This document shows positions 54,598 through 63,354 of a stretch of DNA of 64,000 bases, in pieces; position 1 is the first letter of the stretch; each line of letters opens with the position of its first letter. Source of the stretch: Anaerolineales bacterium (GTDB lineage Bacteria > Chloroflexota > Anaerolineae > Anaerolineales > Villigracilaceae). The translations under genes were made by a program, and so were the position numbers. The stretch spans positions 144 through 64,143 of the forward strand of contig JADGQB010000001.1 in assembly GCA_017882145.1 (NCBI GenBank), given 5' to 3'. The notes below the pieces were generated by a model, which worked only from the letters and a program-made list of their open reading frames with translations, was not told where the DNA came from and searched no databases.

Positions 54598-54603
54598 TAT
54601 AAT
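54598..54603 (+). promoter_or_regulatory. Candidate -10 box (TATAAT) for the 54630 gene
   Basis: A perfect TATAAT lies 27 nt upstream of the TTG start, followed by AGGAGG. I found no convincing -35. Confidence 0.3.
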
Positions 54604-54629
54604 GGCGCATCATTTTATAGGAGGCATAT

Positions 54630-55043
54630 TTGAGCAGAGTGATCAATCCCGATAGCGCTGGAAAAGAACGCACTCGACTGACTAAAGGAGTGGTTCTGGC
54701 AATACGCGAACTGGCACATCAGAGCGAGCCGGGAGCGGAGTCGCGCGACCTGGCCGCATTTATCGCCATAGCCCTGGCCATTATTTCTGAGACAATTGAT
54801 GTTTCTGTAGTCGCCTGGGAAAAACGTGATTACTGGGTTAAGGCAGACAAATTCCGGATGGAATGGGCTTGGTCTGGCCAATATGCGGAGAAAATGAATA
54901 AGGCTGTCTTAAATAATGATTGGGGTAGCGTAGCGCAGGTTGCTGCGCTGACCGCCCAGAAATTGAGCAAAGTAACCGTCCCCCCCGGACATCGACTTGG
55001 CCGGCCCTGGGTGGGAGCATGGAACGAATTGCAAAAGCATTAA
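54630..55043 (+). CDS. Hypothetical protein (137 aa)
   Basis: TTG start 5 nt after AGGAGG. The protein looks soluble and helical (…AAFIAIALAIISETIDVSVVAWEKRDYWVKADKFRMEW…). I recognised no family. Confidence 0.6.
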   Translation: MSRVINPDSAGKERTRLTKGVVLAIRELAHQSEPGAESRDLAAFIAIALAIISETIDVSVVAWEKRDYWVKADKFRMEWAWSGQYAEKMNKAVLNNDWGSVAQVAALTAQKLSKVTVPPGHRLGRPWVGAWNELQKH

Positions 55044-55053
55044 AAAAATGAAA

Positions 55054-55083
55054 AGGCGCCCGGAGAAAGTCTTCCGGGCGCCT
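55054..55083. terminator. GC-rich hairpin terminator between convergent genes
   Basis: 11-bp stem AGGCGCCCGGA (55054-55064) pairs with TCCGGGCGCCT (55073-55083). An A-run on the left gives a T-tract for the minus-strand gene. The plus-strand side has no U-tract. Confidence 0.65.
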
Positions 55084-55105
55084 GTGATTCAAGATGGATT
55101 TCCAG

Positions 55106-56239
55106 CTACGGTTTCAGGTATGTCACGATCAGGCTGGGATTATTGAAAGTAATCCTGTCCTTGACTGCGTCACCGTTCGATCCGGCAAATTGTAACCGCA
55201 ATTGGAACCGTTCGGTCCCAACCTTGGCCTGGATGGCCGCCTTGAGGTCAGATGACACCTCGAGGGTATTAAGGGGAGCTGTGGAGCCCCAGTCGACAGT
55301 ATTTCCACTTGGGAAACCAGCCACAAAATCGGCCGTTGTCAGCGTGTCTCCATAATTCTTGGCATAGCCATTCAAAACTCCCAGGCTGCCAAATGGATCT
55401 CCGGTGATTGTGTAATCTTTAAAGTTGATTTTGACCTGTGTAATTTTAGCCCCGGCAGGGATACCGGAGATATCAAAGCTCAGGAAGGCCTCACAGGTCT
55501 TGGTAATATCTGAGTTTGACTCACCGGCCGTATAATCCGGGAAGGGGCCAGCATCCGCACGGACTGTGCCACTTTCTGCAGCAACCGGCGTAAGGGTATC
55601 AGTTTCACTTGCTACTACAACAATTTTTACTAGAAAAGTTCCACCGGCAGGAGTGATGCCAAAGAGCACCCCGCCTGGATCGCGGAAACGCCAATAGCCG
55701 GTATATGTGCCCGAGGAGGCCGGGGAAGTCAAATTAACAGTCAGATCCACCATTTGGCCGGGATTGACCACACCGCTGGTCAGAGGCTGGGTATACCCTG
55801 TTGTGACACCCATTCCATCTTGATGATCGAAGACCAGCTTGTAGTCGGAATTCCAGGAACAACTCCCGACATTTTTGACTCGCCAGGTTTTAACAAAGGC
55901 CTGGTTGGGAGCTACCTGGGTATTATCCGGATATGTAACATCAGTTACGAATGCGGCCAGGTTGCAGGGTATGGGTGTATTGGTTGGCGTAAACACCTGC
56001 GTATTCGTTGCAGTAGGTTGGGGGGTAGCGGTGGGATTTGGCGTATTGGTTGGGATTACTGGCGTCGGGGAAGCCAAGTTGGCCACCTCGGTCAACTTGG
56101 CAGCGACCGTCTCGGCAGCTTGGGTGAAAGCTGCATCTGGCGAGGTTGGCGAAGTAGGGGCCGCTATTCCGCCAGGCAGGTTACAGCTGACCAAAACGAT
56201 GACTAAAAACAACGTAAGGCTACAATATATTTTTTTCAT
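55106..56239 (-). CDS. Secreted lipoprotein with Pro/Thr-rich linker and NBR1-like (Ig-like, Nbr1_FW) domain
   Basis: 377 aa. Signal and lipobox LVIVLVSCN. PT-rich stretch PTNTPNPTATPQPTATNT. NBR1-like strings PNQAFVKTWRVKNVGSCSW and GTYTGYWRFRDPGGVLFG. Confidence 0.65.
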   Translation of the reverse strand: MKKIYCSLTLFLVIVLVSCNLPGGIAAPTSPTSPDAAFTQAAETVAAKLTEVANLASPTPVIPTNTPNPTATPQPTATNTQVFTPTNTPIPCNLAAFVTDVTYPDNTQVAPNQAFVKTWRVKNVGSCSWNSDYKLVFDHQDGMGVTTGYTQPLTSGVVNPGQMVDLTVNLTSPASSGTYTGYWRFRDPGGVLFGITPAGGTFLVKIVVVASETDTLTPVAAESGTVRADAGPFPDYTAGESNSDITKTCEAFLSFDISGIPAGAKITQVKINFKDYTITGDPFGSLGVLNGYAKNYGDTLTTADFVAGFPSGNTVDWGSTAPLNTLEVSSDLKAAIQAKVGTERFQLRLQFAGSNGDAVKDRITFNNPSLIVTYLKP

Positions 56240-56329
56240 TGTGCATCTCCTTAATATTAGTTTAATGAATTATAGACAAGAGGTCAATAGTACAGACGTT
56301 TTTATCTGTTTTAATGTTCCCCCCAAAAA

Positions 56330-56355
56330 AACATCCGGTCAAATAACCGGATGTT
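56330..56355 (-). terminator. Rho-independent terminator of the radical SAM gene
   Basis: Stem AACATCCGGT (56330-56339) pairs with ACCGGATGTT (56346-56355) and overlaps the stop codon. On the minus strand it is followed by TTTTTTGGGG. Confidence 0.7.
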
Positions 56356-57529
56356 AGAAAAGAATGGACTGGAAAGCTGCCCGATGGCCATCAAAAAGTA
56401 AGAATGGGGCAGCGCGCTCAGATAACACGCCCAGCTTTCTTAGAGCTGCAATATCTCGAATTTTAACCTGACGCCGGATCCGCAATATGGATTCCGCTCC
56501 TTTGGCTCCTATACCGGGGACACGCATAAGAGCCTGGCGTTCGGCCAGGTTGACTTCGATTGGATTCTCGGACAGGTTCCTTTGAGCCCAGGCCAATTTC
56601 GGATCGGTTTGGAGAGGAAGTCTCCCGTCTGCCTCAAAGGGTAATTCCTCGACATCGAACCCGTAATCGCGTAACAAGAATGATGCCTGGTACAAGCGGT
56701 GCTCGCGGATAACCGGCGTTGGTGGTTGATTCTCCAAGGGTGTGTCGGGAACGGGGCTGAATGGAGAGTAATATGCTCGTCGCAAGCCGAGATGATGGTA
56801 AAGGTAATCCGTAGTGGTCAGAAGTTCCAGATCCGATTCTCCGGAACCACCGGCGACAAACTGGGTGACGGAAGATGGCCAACGACCGTTCCAGCCTTTA
56901 TCAGGTGGCTGCGTTTTTCGAATTTCATCGATCCATTTCAGCGGTTGGAGCAGTTCCGCAGTAAACTGCTTATGTGGAGCCAATTTTGAAAGGCGGTCAT
57001 TATTGGGGGCTTCCAGGTTGATCGAAACCCGATCGGCCAACTGCATGGCGCGCTCAACCTGGGAGCGTTCGGCTCCCGGCATGATCTTCAAATGGATATA
57101 ACCTTTGAATCCCAGTTTGTGACGCATGATTTCGGCCGTCTTGAGTAATTGATCCTCAGAATGGATGCCGCCACCGGCCATTCCAGAGCTAAGGAATACC
57201 CCTTCTGCTATGCCTTTTTGGGAAAGCATTACGAAGAGTCTGGCGAACTCTTCAGGCTGAAAAGTGGCCCGTCGAAAATCCCGGCCGGCGCGAAATGCGC
57301 AATAATAACAATCCCGTTCGCACGCCGAAGTCAGCAACGTCTTAAGCAGCTTGATCTTCTTACCATTTGGGAGCACAGCCGGGTGAACAAAGACCGCCTC
57401 GGGGCAACTTTCAGTCTGGTCCAGATATGGAGTTCCATCCTGACTGTGATCTTCGGCAGGTTCAAACGACATCTGTTCACTGAGGGCTTTCAGGCGGACA
57501 ATATCATCCATACCTCGATTATAGAACAA
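56354..57529 (-). CDS. Radical SAM protein with C-terminal helix-hairpin-helix (putative DNA modification/repair radical SAM family)
   Basis: 391 aa. Cluster motif CERDCYYCAFR. C-terminal HhH LMRVPGIGAKGAESILRIRRQ. Confidence 0.75.
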   Translation of the reverse strand: MFYNRGMDDIVRLKALSEQMSFEPAEDHSQDGTPYLDQTESCPEAVFVHPAVLPNGKKIKLLKTLLTSACERDCYYCAFRAGRDFRRATFQPEEFARLFVMLSQKGIAEGVFLSSGMAGGGIHSEDQLLKTAEIMRHKLGFKGYIHLKIMPGAERSQVERAMQLADRVSINLEAPNNDRLSKLAPHKQFTAELLQPLKWIDEIRKTQPPDKGWNGRWPSSVTQFVAGGSGESDLELLTTTDYLYHHLGLRRAYYSPFSPVPDTPLENQPPTPVIREHRLYQASFLLRDYGFDVEELPFEADGRLPLQTDPKLAWAQRNLSENPIEVNLAERQALMRVPGIGAKGAESILRIRRQVKIRDIAALRKLGVLSERAAPFLLFDGHRAAFQSILF

Positions 57530-57601
57530 ATTTTCTGATTGTCAAGGAATTTTATCACCTGCTTTATTGCATGAAATTGGGCTTTCGGATACACTAGTTG
57601 C

Positions 57602-58279
57602 ATGCCAGATGCACAAACTATCTATGAACTCCGTTTGGCCTGTCACAAGCCGGGCTGTCCGGTCTGTAATCTTATCCAGCGGGCAGGGGCCCGTTACATT
57701 GAAGGTATTTTCAACGAGAGTATGCTTGATCCAGGGGTCAGGCAAAAATTGGTTGACAGCCAGGGCTTTTGCTACGAGCATACCTGGCAGTCGATTAACC
57801 TGAAACTATCGGATGCCTTGGGGCATGCAATCCTTTACCAGGACCTGGTAAGGGATGCCATGCGAAAGATTACCGAAAATGAAGCGAATGGCAGCAGCCA
57901 ACTGGTTAATGCATTGACGCCGGGCTCGACTTGCCCGGCCTGTCGAGTCGAAGATGCCACACTGGAACGCGTCATCGATTGCATGGTACCTGTACTACGG
58001 GATCAAGACTTTATAGCTGAATTCAAGCAATCCACAGGGCTGTGCATTCCACATCTTAAGCGGATACTCCCCAAACTGGATGGTAATCGCCGGGGAGTTG
58101 TTCTCCTTCATCAAAATGACTGCCTTGAGAAGTTGAGAGGAGAACTGGCGGAATTTATCCGAAAAAGTGATTATCGTTTTCGGGATGAGGTTATTGGGAA
58201 TGAAGGCGATTCTTATAAACGTGCCGCTGATATGATCAGCGGAAAACACAGACTGGCAGAAAAGAAGGATTTTCGATAG
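57602..58279 (+). CDS. Hypothetical Cys-rich protein with internally duplicated CxxC...CxxH unit
   Basis: 225 aa. C19-x2-C22 ... C57-x2-H60 and C111-x2-C114 ... C148-x2-H151, with nearly identical spacing (34-35 residues). It is transcribed divergently from the radical SAM gene across a 72 nt gap. Confidence 0.65.
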   Translation: MPDAQTIYELRLACHKPGCPVCNLIQRAGARYIEGIFNESMLDPGVRQKLVDSQGFCYEHTWQSINLKLSDALGHAILYQDLVRDAMRKITENEANGSSQLVNALTPGSTCPACRVEDATLERVIDCMVPVLRDQDFIAEFKQSTGLCIPHLKRILPKLDGNRRGVVLLHQNDCLEKLRGELAEFIRKSDYRFRDEVIGNEGDSYKRAADMISGKHRLAEKKDFR

Positions 58280-58296
58280 ATAGACTCGGAGGGGGA

Positions 58297-59376
58297 TTAT
58301 ATTTTTCGACTAACTGCTTTAGCCGCCGCCCCGGAACGCGTATGTACTTTTAGCTTTTCAAAGATAACCTTGAGATGCCGTTTTACTGTATTGGTAGTAA
58401 TGACCAAGGCGCTAGCGATCTCTTTGTTCGTCATTCCGCTGGATAACAAATCGAATACTTCCCGCTCCCGATTGGTCAGATATTTCAAATCGCTGACAAA
58501 CTGGTTTGAAGCGGTTGCTTCCATTACGAGGCGGTTAAAGGTATTCCGGTCAAAAGCCTGTTTCTCTAGAAAAGCGAAGATCGATTGCTCCTTATATGCG
58601 CGTTGGATTTCATCTATCGAAGAAATGCCGCTAACTACGATGGTCGGAATATCCGCAGATTTGGTTTCGGCTAAAAGCCGGTATCCTTCCAGGGACTCAC
58701 CCGTTGCGGTCTTCTCCCAGACCGCCTCGTCCGTCAAGGAAAGATCCACAATCGCCAGGACAAACTTTTCACGGCGTAAGTTTCCGAGCGCGTCCCCGAA
58801 ACTAGCCGAGAGGCGTACTTCGTGGCCTGTGTCCATCAGTAATTCGGCCAGGATACTGCGCCAGCCGGCATCGTCTTCTACAATCAGGACTTTATTGCCA
58901 GACGTTTCTTCACCAATGGCGGATGCAGTCTCCAAGCCAGTTACTGGTTCAACAGATTTCGGCAGGGTACTTTCCAATTGCGGGGCACTCGCCAGCGCCC
59001 GGCTAATGAGGTCCCGGAATTCCGCCCGCTGGAAATTCTCTTTGCGCAGGAAAGTAAATGCCCCGTATTCCGTCAACACACTGACAGCCAATTCAACTGT
59101 CGCATAACCGGTCAACAGGATGGTCTGGCAGCCCGGATCGAGGCGCCGGATCGCCTCCAGGATGCGTAAACCATCGAAATTATGATGATCACCGCCGGCA
59201 AGGGATAAATCTACAATCGCCAGCCGGTGCGGCTCGGATTTTATGATCCGTAAAGCTTCTTCCAAATTATTCGCAAGATCGACAATCAACCCGGCATCCG
59301 CGAGGATTTCGCTCAGGATTTGCTGCCAGGAGCCATCATCTTCGACTACCAATGTGCGAATATTGGGGGAATTCAT
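58297..59376 (-). CDS. Response regulator with tandem receiver domains and LuxR/NarL-type HTH
   Basis: 359 aa. REC1 is TLVVEDDGS...LAIVDLSL...LLTGYAT. REC2 is VLIVEDDAG...LAIVDLSL...VVSGISS. The C-terminal HTH is LTNREREVFDLLSSGMTNKEIASALVITTNTVKRHL. Confidence 0.85.
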   Translation of the reverse strand: MNSPNIRTLVVEDDGSWQQILSEILADAGLIVDLANNLEEALRIIKSEPHRLAIVDLSLAGGDHHNFDGLRILEAIRRLDPGCQTILLTGYATVELAVSVLTEYGAFTFLRKENFQRAEFRDLISRALASAPQLESTLPKSVEPVTGLETASAIGEETSGNKVLIVEDDAGWRSILAELLMDTGHEVRLSASFGDALGNLRREKFVLAIVDLSLTDEAVWEKTATGESLEGYRLLAETKSADIPTIVVSGISSIDEIQRAYKEQSIFAFLEKQAFDRNTFNRLVMEATASNQFVSDLKYLTNREREVFDLLSSGMTNKEIASALVITTNTVKRHLKVIFEKLKVHTRSGAAAKAVSRKI

Positions 59377-59381
59377 TTGGC

Positions 59382-61649
59382 TTATCCCGGTTTCGTATGC
59401 TTGTCTGCCCTCGGCAAACGTAACTGGAAGGTCGTGCCGTGTTCTCCATCGCTTTCCACGCCGACAGACCCACCCAGACGAGTTACCAGTGTTTTAACCC
59501 ACCAGAGGCCGAATCCGAGTTTGTTAGGTCTTGATTCTCCATGGCCTGAATAATTCAAGTCGAAGATATGTTCATGCAATTTCGGAGCAATCCCAGGTCC
59601 ATTGTCACTGACTGAAACGATTACCCAATCCTCTTCGGCATGACCGCCTACTATTACGATTCCCTGACCAGCCATCGCATCGACAGCGTTTTCCAGAAGG
59701 TTGGTAAAAACCAGAGTCAGGGTACGTTCGCCAGCCATGACCAAAGGCAGGCGGTCCAACTTTTCCATACTGATCTTGATCCCTAGCGGAGTTTTTGTGT
59801 ATTGAATTGCATCTGCGACGCATGCGGACACAATAACAGGTTCAAGGCGGATCGGCCGAAGTTGGGAAAGACTATCTCGCACGCTCTCCATGGCTTCGGT
59901 TGCACATCGTTCAATTTCATCCAGGTTACGCAACAAATAAGGACTGGAAGCCAATGCCTCCTGGCATTTATCTTCAATACCCTGGATGCGCACCGGGATG
60001 GTTCCCACCTTGTTATTCAGTTGGTGGAGGAGATTGGAAGCGATGTCTCCCACCGCCGCAAAAGTTTCTGCCATCGAGCGTTGTTCTTGGGCAGCCCGCA
60101 ACGCTTCCTGCCGGGCCGCGTTTTGGTAAGCAAGTACGGCATAATCAGCCAGACAAAACAGTACTTTTTTATCCCATTCCGAATCAGCAAAGTGCCCGGG
60201 ACCAGCGCTGGTGCTATATACACCAAAAGCGCCCAACGGACTTTGTGCGTTACCGGGTAACAATGGAACAACTAATGCACGTGTCAGATCCTGGTTACGT
60301 GCCAGGTCAACGCGGTTGAAGCGTTGATCCATTCGAACATCCTCACTGATAACTGCGCTGCGATTCAGGACAGCCTGACCCGCCAGGCTGCTTTTTACCG
60401 GCAAACAATCGGCGTGTTGGTAACCTCCGCTGGATACTTCAAGAATCAGATCTTGACCTTTGAGTGACCAAATTGCACTCGTGGCAGCATCCAGAAGATT
60501 ACACGCCAGGTCTGCCAAATGGGCAAGCACCTTCTGGTAAGGCTGTGTCAGCAAAAGGTGGGCAACCTCTTGAATGGCATCTAGCAGGCTTACTTCCTGG
60601 ATGGTGATGACTGCCTGGGTTGCCAGGGCTTGCAGCAGGTGGCTGTCATCCTCACTGAAGGCTGCCACGGTTGGACTTTCAAGATTCAATACCCCTTCGA
60701 GCCTTCCATTGGCGCCAATCAAGGGTACAGCCAGCTCGGAGCGCATTTCCAGGCTGGCATCCAGGGGGTAATAAATCTGCGACCAGGGGGCTTCATGCAG
60801 GTCAGGAATGCAAGCCGGCCGACGGTGGCGAGCTACCCAAGCCATGACGCTGTTGGAATTGAGAGGTAATGCTTCCACCAGTGGCCTGGCCAGGTGCTCG
60901 CCTGCCACCGCCCGCGTGTTTAAGGTTAGGCCATTTTTATCCATTAACCGGAAAATCCCATAATGAGCACTAGTGACTTCCATTGCCATTTGAAGGATCG
61001 ATTCGAGGGTCTCATCCAGGCGGACGCGTGAGGAGATCAATAACCCTGCCCGGCGCAAACGCGTCAACTCTTCCTCCTTGCGGGCTAAATCATGGCGAAC
61101 CTGGATCAGGTTATGAGTGTGGTAGATGGCCATGGCAGCCTGGTTGACAAAATTCTCCAGCATAAGCAGTTCAAGTTGGCTGAATTGTCGTTCGTCCTGC
61201 CGGATTACATAAAGAGCACCAAGAGGTTGGGCGGCCACTATCAGTGGAAAACATCCCATAATTTTTGCTCCGCCTTTTGCCATCCCCGGATGGATCGTAA
61301 TGTCCTTTTCTTCATATGAAAGCACTCTGCGACGCTGGGCGATTGCACGCATTCCCAGTCCATCCGGACGTGGTTCATCACCTGTAGGAGGCTGTTCCAT
61401 TCCATTAGCCGAGATGCTCGATCGATGACCAAAACCCTCATGTTCGGCATCGTATGTAAAAATGATCGCGGATGCATCCGAAAGGACCCGCGCAGCGCTC
61501 TGGACGATCAGGTCCAAGGTAGTTTCGACACTCACCGATCCATCCAAACCTATCTGGTTGACGGTGGCACCGATCTCATTTAGACTGGCGAGCGCTTCCA
61601 ACAGGAGTGGATCGGTTCTTGGAGTGATCATATGTGAGCTTCCCATCAT
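59382..61649 (-). CDS. Cytoplasmic multi-GAF sensor histidine kinase
   Basis: 755 aa with three GAF-like modules, an H-box-like IASNLLHQLNNKVGTI, and HATPase motifs NLLENAVDAM, DNGPGI, GFGLWWVKTLV. It lies 5 nt upstream of the dual-REC LuxR regulator. Confidence 0.8.
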   Translation of the reverse strand: MMGSSHMITPRTDPLLLEALASLNEIGATVNQIGLDGSVSVETTLDLIVQSAARVLSDASAIIFTYDAEHEGFGHRSSISANGMEQPPTGDEPRPDGLGMRAIAQRRRVLSYEEKDITIHPGMAKGGAKIMGCFPLIVAAQPLGALYVIRQDERQFSQLELLMLENFVNQAAMAIYHTHNLIQVRHDLARKEEELTRLRRAGLLISSRVRLDETLESILQMAMEVTSAHYGIFRLMDKNGLTLNTRAVAGEHLARPLVEALPLNSNSVMAWVARHRRPACIPDLHEAPWSQIYYPLDASLEMRSELAVPLIGANGRLEGVLNLESPTVAAFSEDDSHLLQALATQAVITIQEVSLLDAIQEVAHLLLTQPYQKVLAHLADLACNLLDAATSAIWSLKGQDLILEVSSGGYQHADCLPVKSSLAGQAVLNRSAVISEDVRMDQRFNRVDLARNQDLTRALVVPLLPGNAQSPLGAFGVYSTSAGPGHFADSEWDKKVLFCLADYAVLAYQNAARQEALRAAQEQRSMAETFAAVGDIASNLLHQLNNKVGTIPVRIQGIEDKCQEALASSPYLLRNLDEIERCATEAMESVRDSLSQLRPIRLEPVIVSACVADAIQYTKTPLGIKISMEKLDRLPLVMAGERTLTLVFTNLLENAVDAMAGQGIVIVGGHAEEDWVIVSVSDNGPGIAPKLHEHIFDLNYSGHGESRPNKLGFGLWWVKTLVTRLGGSVGVESDGEHGTTFQLRLPRADKHTKPG

Positions 61650-61688
61650 TAAATTGTATCACCTAACTAATTTCAGCCAATTTGTAAT

Positions 61689-61725
61689 AACAGGAGGCCG
61701 AGAGAAATGCCCTCAGCCTCCTGTT
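61689..61725 (-). terminator. Hairpin terminator downstream of glnA
   Basis: Stem AACAGGAGGC (61689-61698) pairs with GCCTCCTGTT (61716-61725). On the minus strand it is followed by ATTACAAATT, a moderate U-tract. Confidence 0.5.
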
Positions 61726-61748
61726 TAATCGCCGGATCGTAAAGAGAT

Positions 61749-63161
61749 CTATATATCGTAATATAGTGAAAATTCGTATGGAACAGGGCGAATACGCACC
61801 GGATCCAGTTCGTTTTGGCGCTTATAAGTGACGTGTGCCTCCAGGAGATCCATCGTAAAGACATCGCCTTTCAGCAGGAAATCGTGGTCTTTCTCAAGAG
61901 CGACAAGGACCTCACCCAATGAACCGGGAACCTGTTTGATGAGCCTGGCTTCCTCGGCCGGGAGCTCGTACAGATCCTTATCAACCGGTTCTCCGGGATC
62001 GATCCGGTTTTGGATGCCATCCAGACCCGCCATCAATAGCGCCGCGAAGCAGAGATATGGGTTGCTGGTCGCATCCGGTGCGCGAAATTCAATTCGCTTG
62101 GATTTTTCACTGCTGGTTACCGGGATGCGGCAGACAGCTGACCGGTTCCGCTGGGAATAAGCCAGATTCACGGGTGCTTCGTAGCCGGGGACCAATCGCC
62201 GGTAGGAATTCGTTGTGGGGTTGGTAATTGCCAGGAGGGCCGGCGCATGCTTAAGCAGCCCACCAATGTAATACTTTGCAGTATCTGAGAGTTGGGCATA
62301 GCCTGAGGCATCAAAGAAGATGTTCTTGTTTCCCTTCCATATGGACTGATGGACATGCATTCCAGAACCATTGTCGCCGAAAATGGGCTTGGGCATAAAA
62401 GTGGCAGTCTTTCCGTTCTGACGAGCAACATTCTTGGCTACATATTTATAAATCAATAACTGATCGGCCATGCGAGTCAGCGTATTGAAACGCATGCCGA
62501 GTTCCGTCTGACCAGCTGTGGAGACCTCGTGATGGTGGATTTCCATCTCGACACCGCATTCTTCTAATGCCATGACAATCTTGCTGCGCAAGGTCTGGAG
62601 GGTATCCGTCGGCGGAACCGGGAAATAGCCACGTTTGGGTTGGATCTGGCCTCCGAAATTCGGTTTACTGGCATCCCCACTATTCCACCAGCCTTCCTGG
62701 CTATCGATGTGATAGTAGGATTCGTTCGTGCTGCTGGAATAGCGCACATTGTCGAAGATGAAGAATTCAGCCTCCGGACCGAAAAAGCAGATTTCACCGA
62801 TGCCAGTTTGCTTCAAATATGCTTCAGCTTTTTTGGCAACATAACGAGCGTCACGGCTGTAGGGTTGGCGGGTGATCGGATCGTGGACATCGCAACTGAT
62901 CACCAGAGTCGGAATTTCTGCAACGGGATCCAGGAAGGCTGTTTCAGGGTCCAGGAACAACAACATATCCGATTCGTGAATCTCCTGGAAGCCTCGGATC
63001 GAAGACCCATCAAATGGGATACCATCAGTGAATAATTCTGCGTCCAGTCGATGAGCCGGGATGGAAAAGTGCTGCCAGGTTCCGGGAACATCGATAAAAC
63101 GAAGGTCCACCATTTTGACGTTTTTACCCATTTCGAGTACTTCATTAATTGTTTTGGCCAT
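61749..63161 (-). CDS. glnA: Glutamine synthetase, type I
   Basis: 470 aa with VDLRFIDVPGTWQHF, the GS signature GSGMHVHQS, and the adenylylation-site motif KDLYELPAEE (Tyr398 codon at 61968-61970). Confidence 0.93.
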   Translation of the reverse strand: MAKTINEVLEMGKNVKMVDLRFIDVPGTWQHFSIPAHRLDAELFTDGIPFDGSSIRGFQEIHESDMLLFLDPETAFLDPVAEIPTLVISCDVHDPITRQPYSRDARYVAKKAEAYLKQTGIGEICFFGPEAEFFIFDNVRYSSSTNESYYHIDSQEGWWNSGDASKPNFGGQIQPKRGYFPVPPTDTLQTLRSKIVMALEECGVEMEIHHHEVSTAGQTELGMRFNTLTRMADQLLIYKYVAKNVARQNGKTATFMPKPIFGDNGSGMHVHQSIWKGNKNIFFDASGYAQLSDTAKYYIGGLLKHAPALLAITNPTTNSYRRLVPGYEAPVNLAYSQRNRSAVCRIPVTSSEKSKRIEFRAPDATSNPYLCFAALLMAGLDGIQNRIDPGEPVDKDLYELPAEEARLIKQVPGSLGEVLVALEKDHDFLLKGDVFTMDLLEAHVTYKRQNELDPVRIRPVPYEFSLYYDI

Positions 63162-63354
63162 AAGATAATCTCCTTAATTTTTATTAGTGAAACGCCAATT
63201 AAATATTATTGCAACATCCTGCATGCCAACCAGGTAATTATAGGGAGTTCCGGATAGCCTGCACATTACCCAAATGGGTACTGTTTGGACGGGCGGAATA
63301 GAATTTGAGCAAGATATTAATCAATGATTTTATCACTACGGTATAATCTTTTAG

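Noticed and set aside
63162-63354. A possible glutamine riboswitch or glnA RNA motif upstream of glnA
   Set aside because: I could not fold or recognise the conserved glnA-motif core by eye, and the region is AT-rich promoter-like sequence. A covariance-model scan (Rfam glnA) would be needed.
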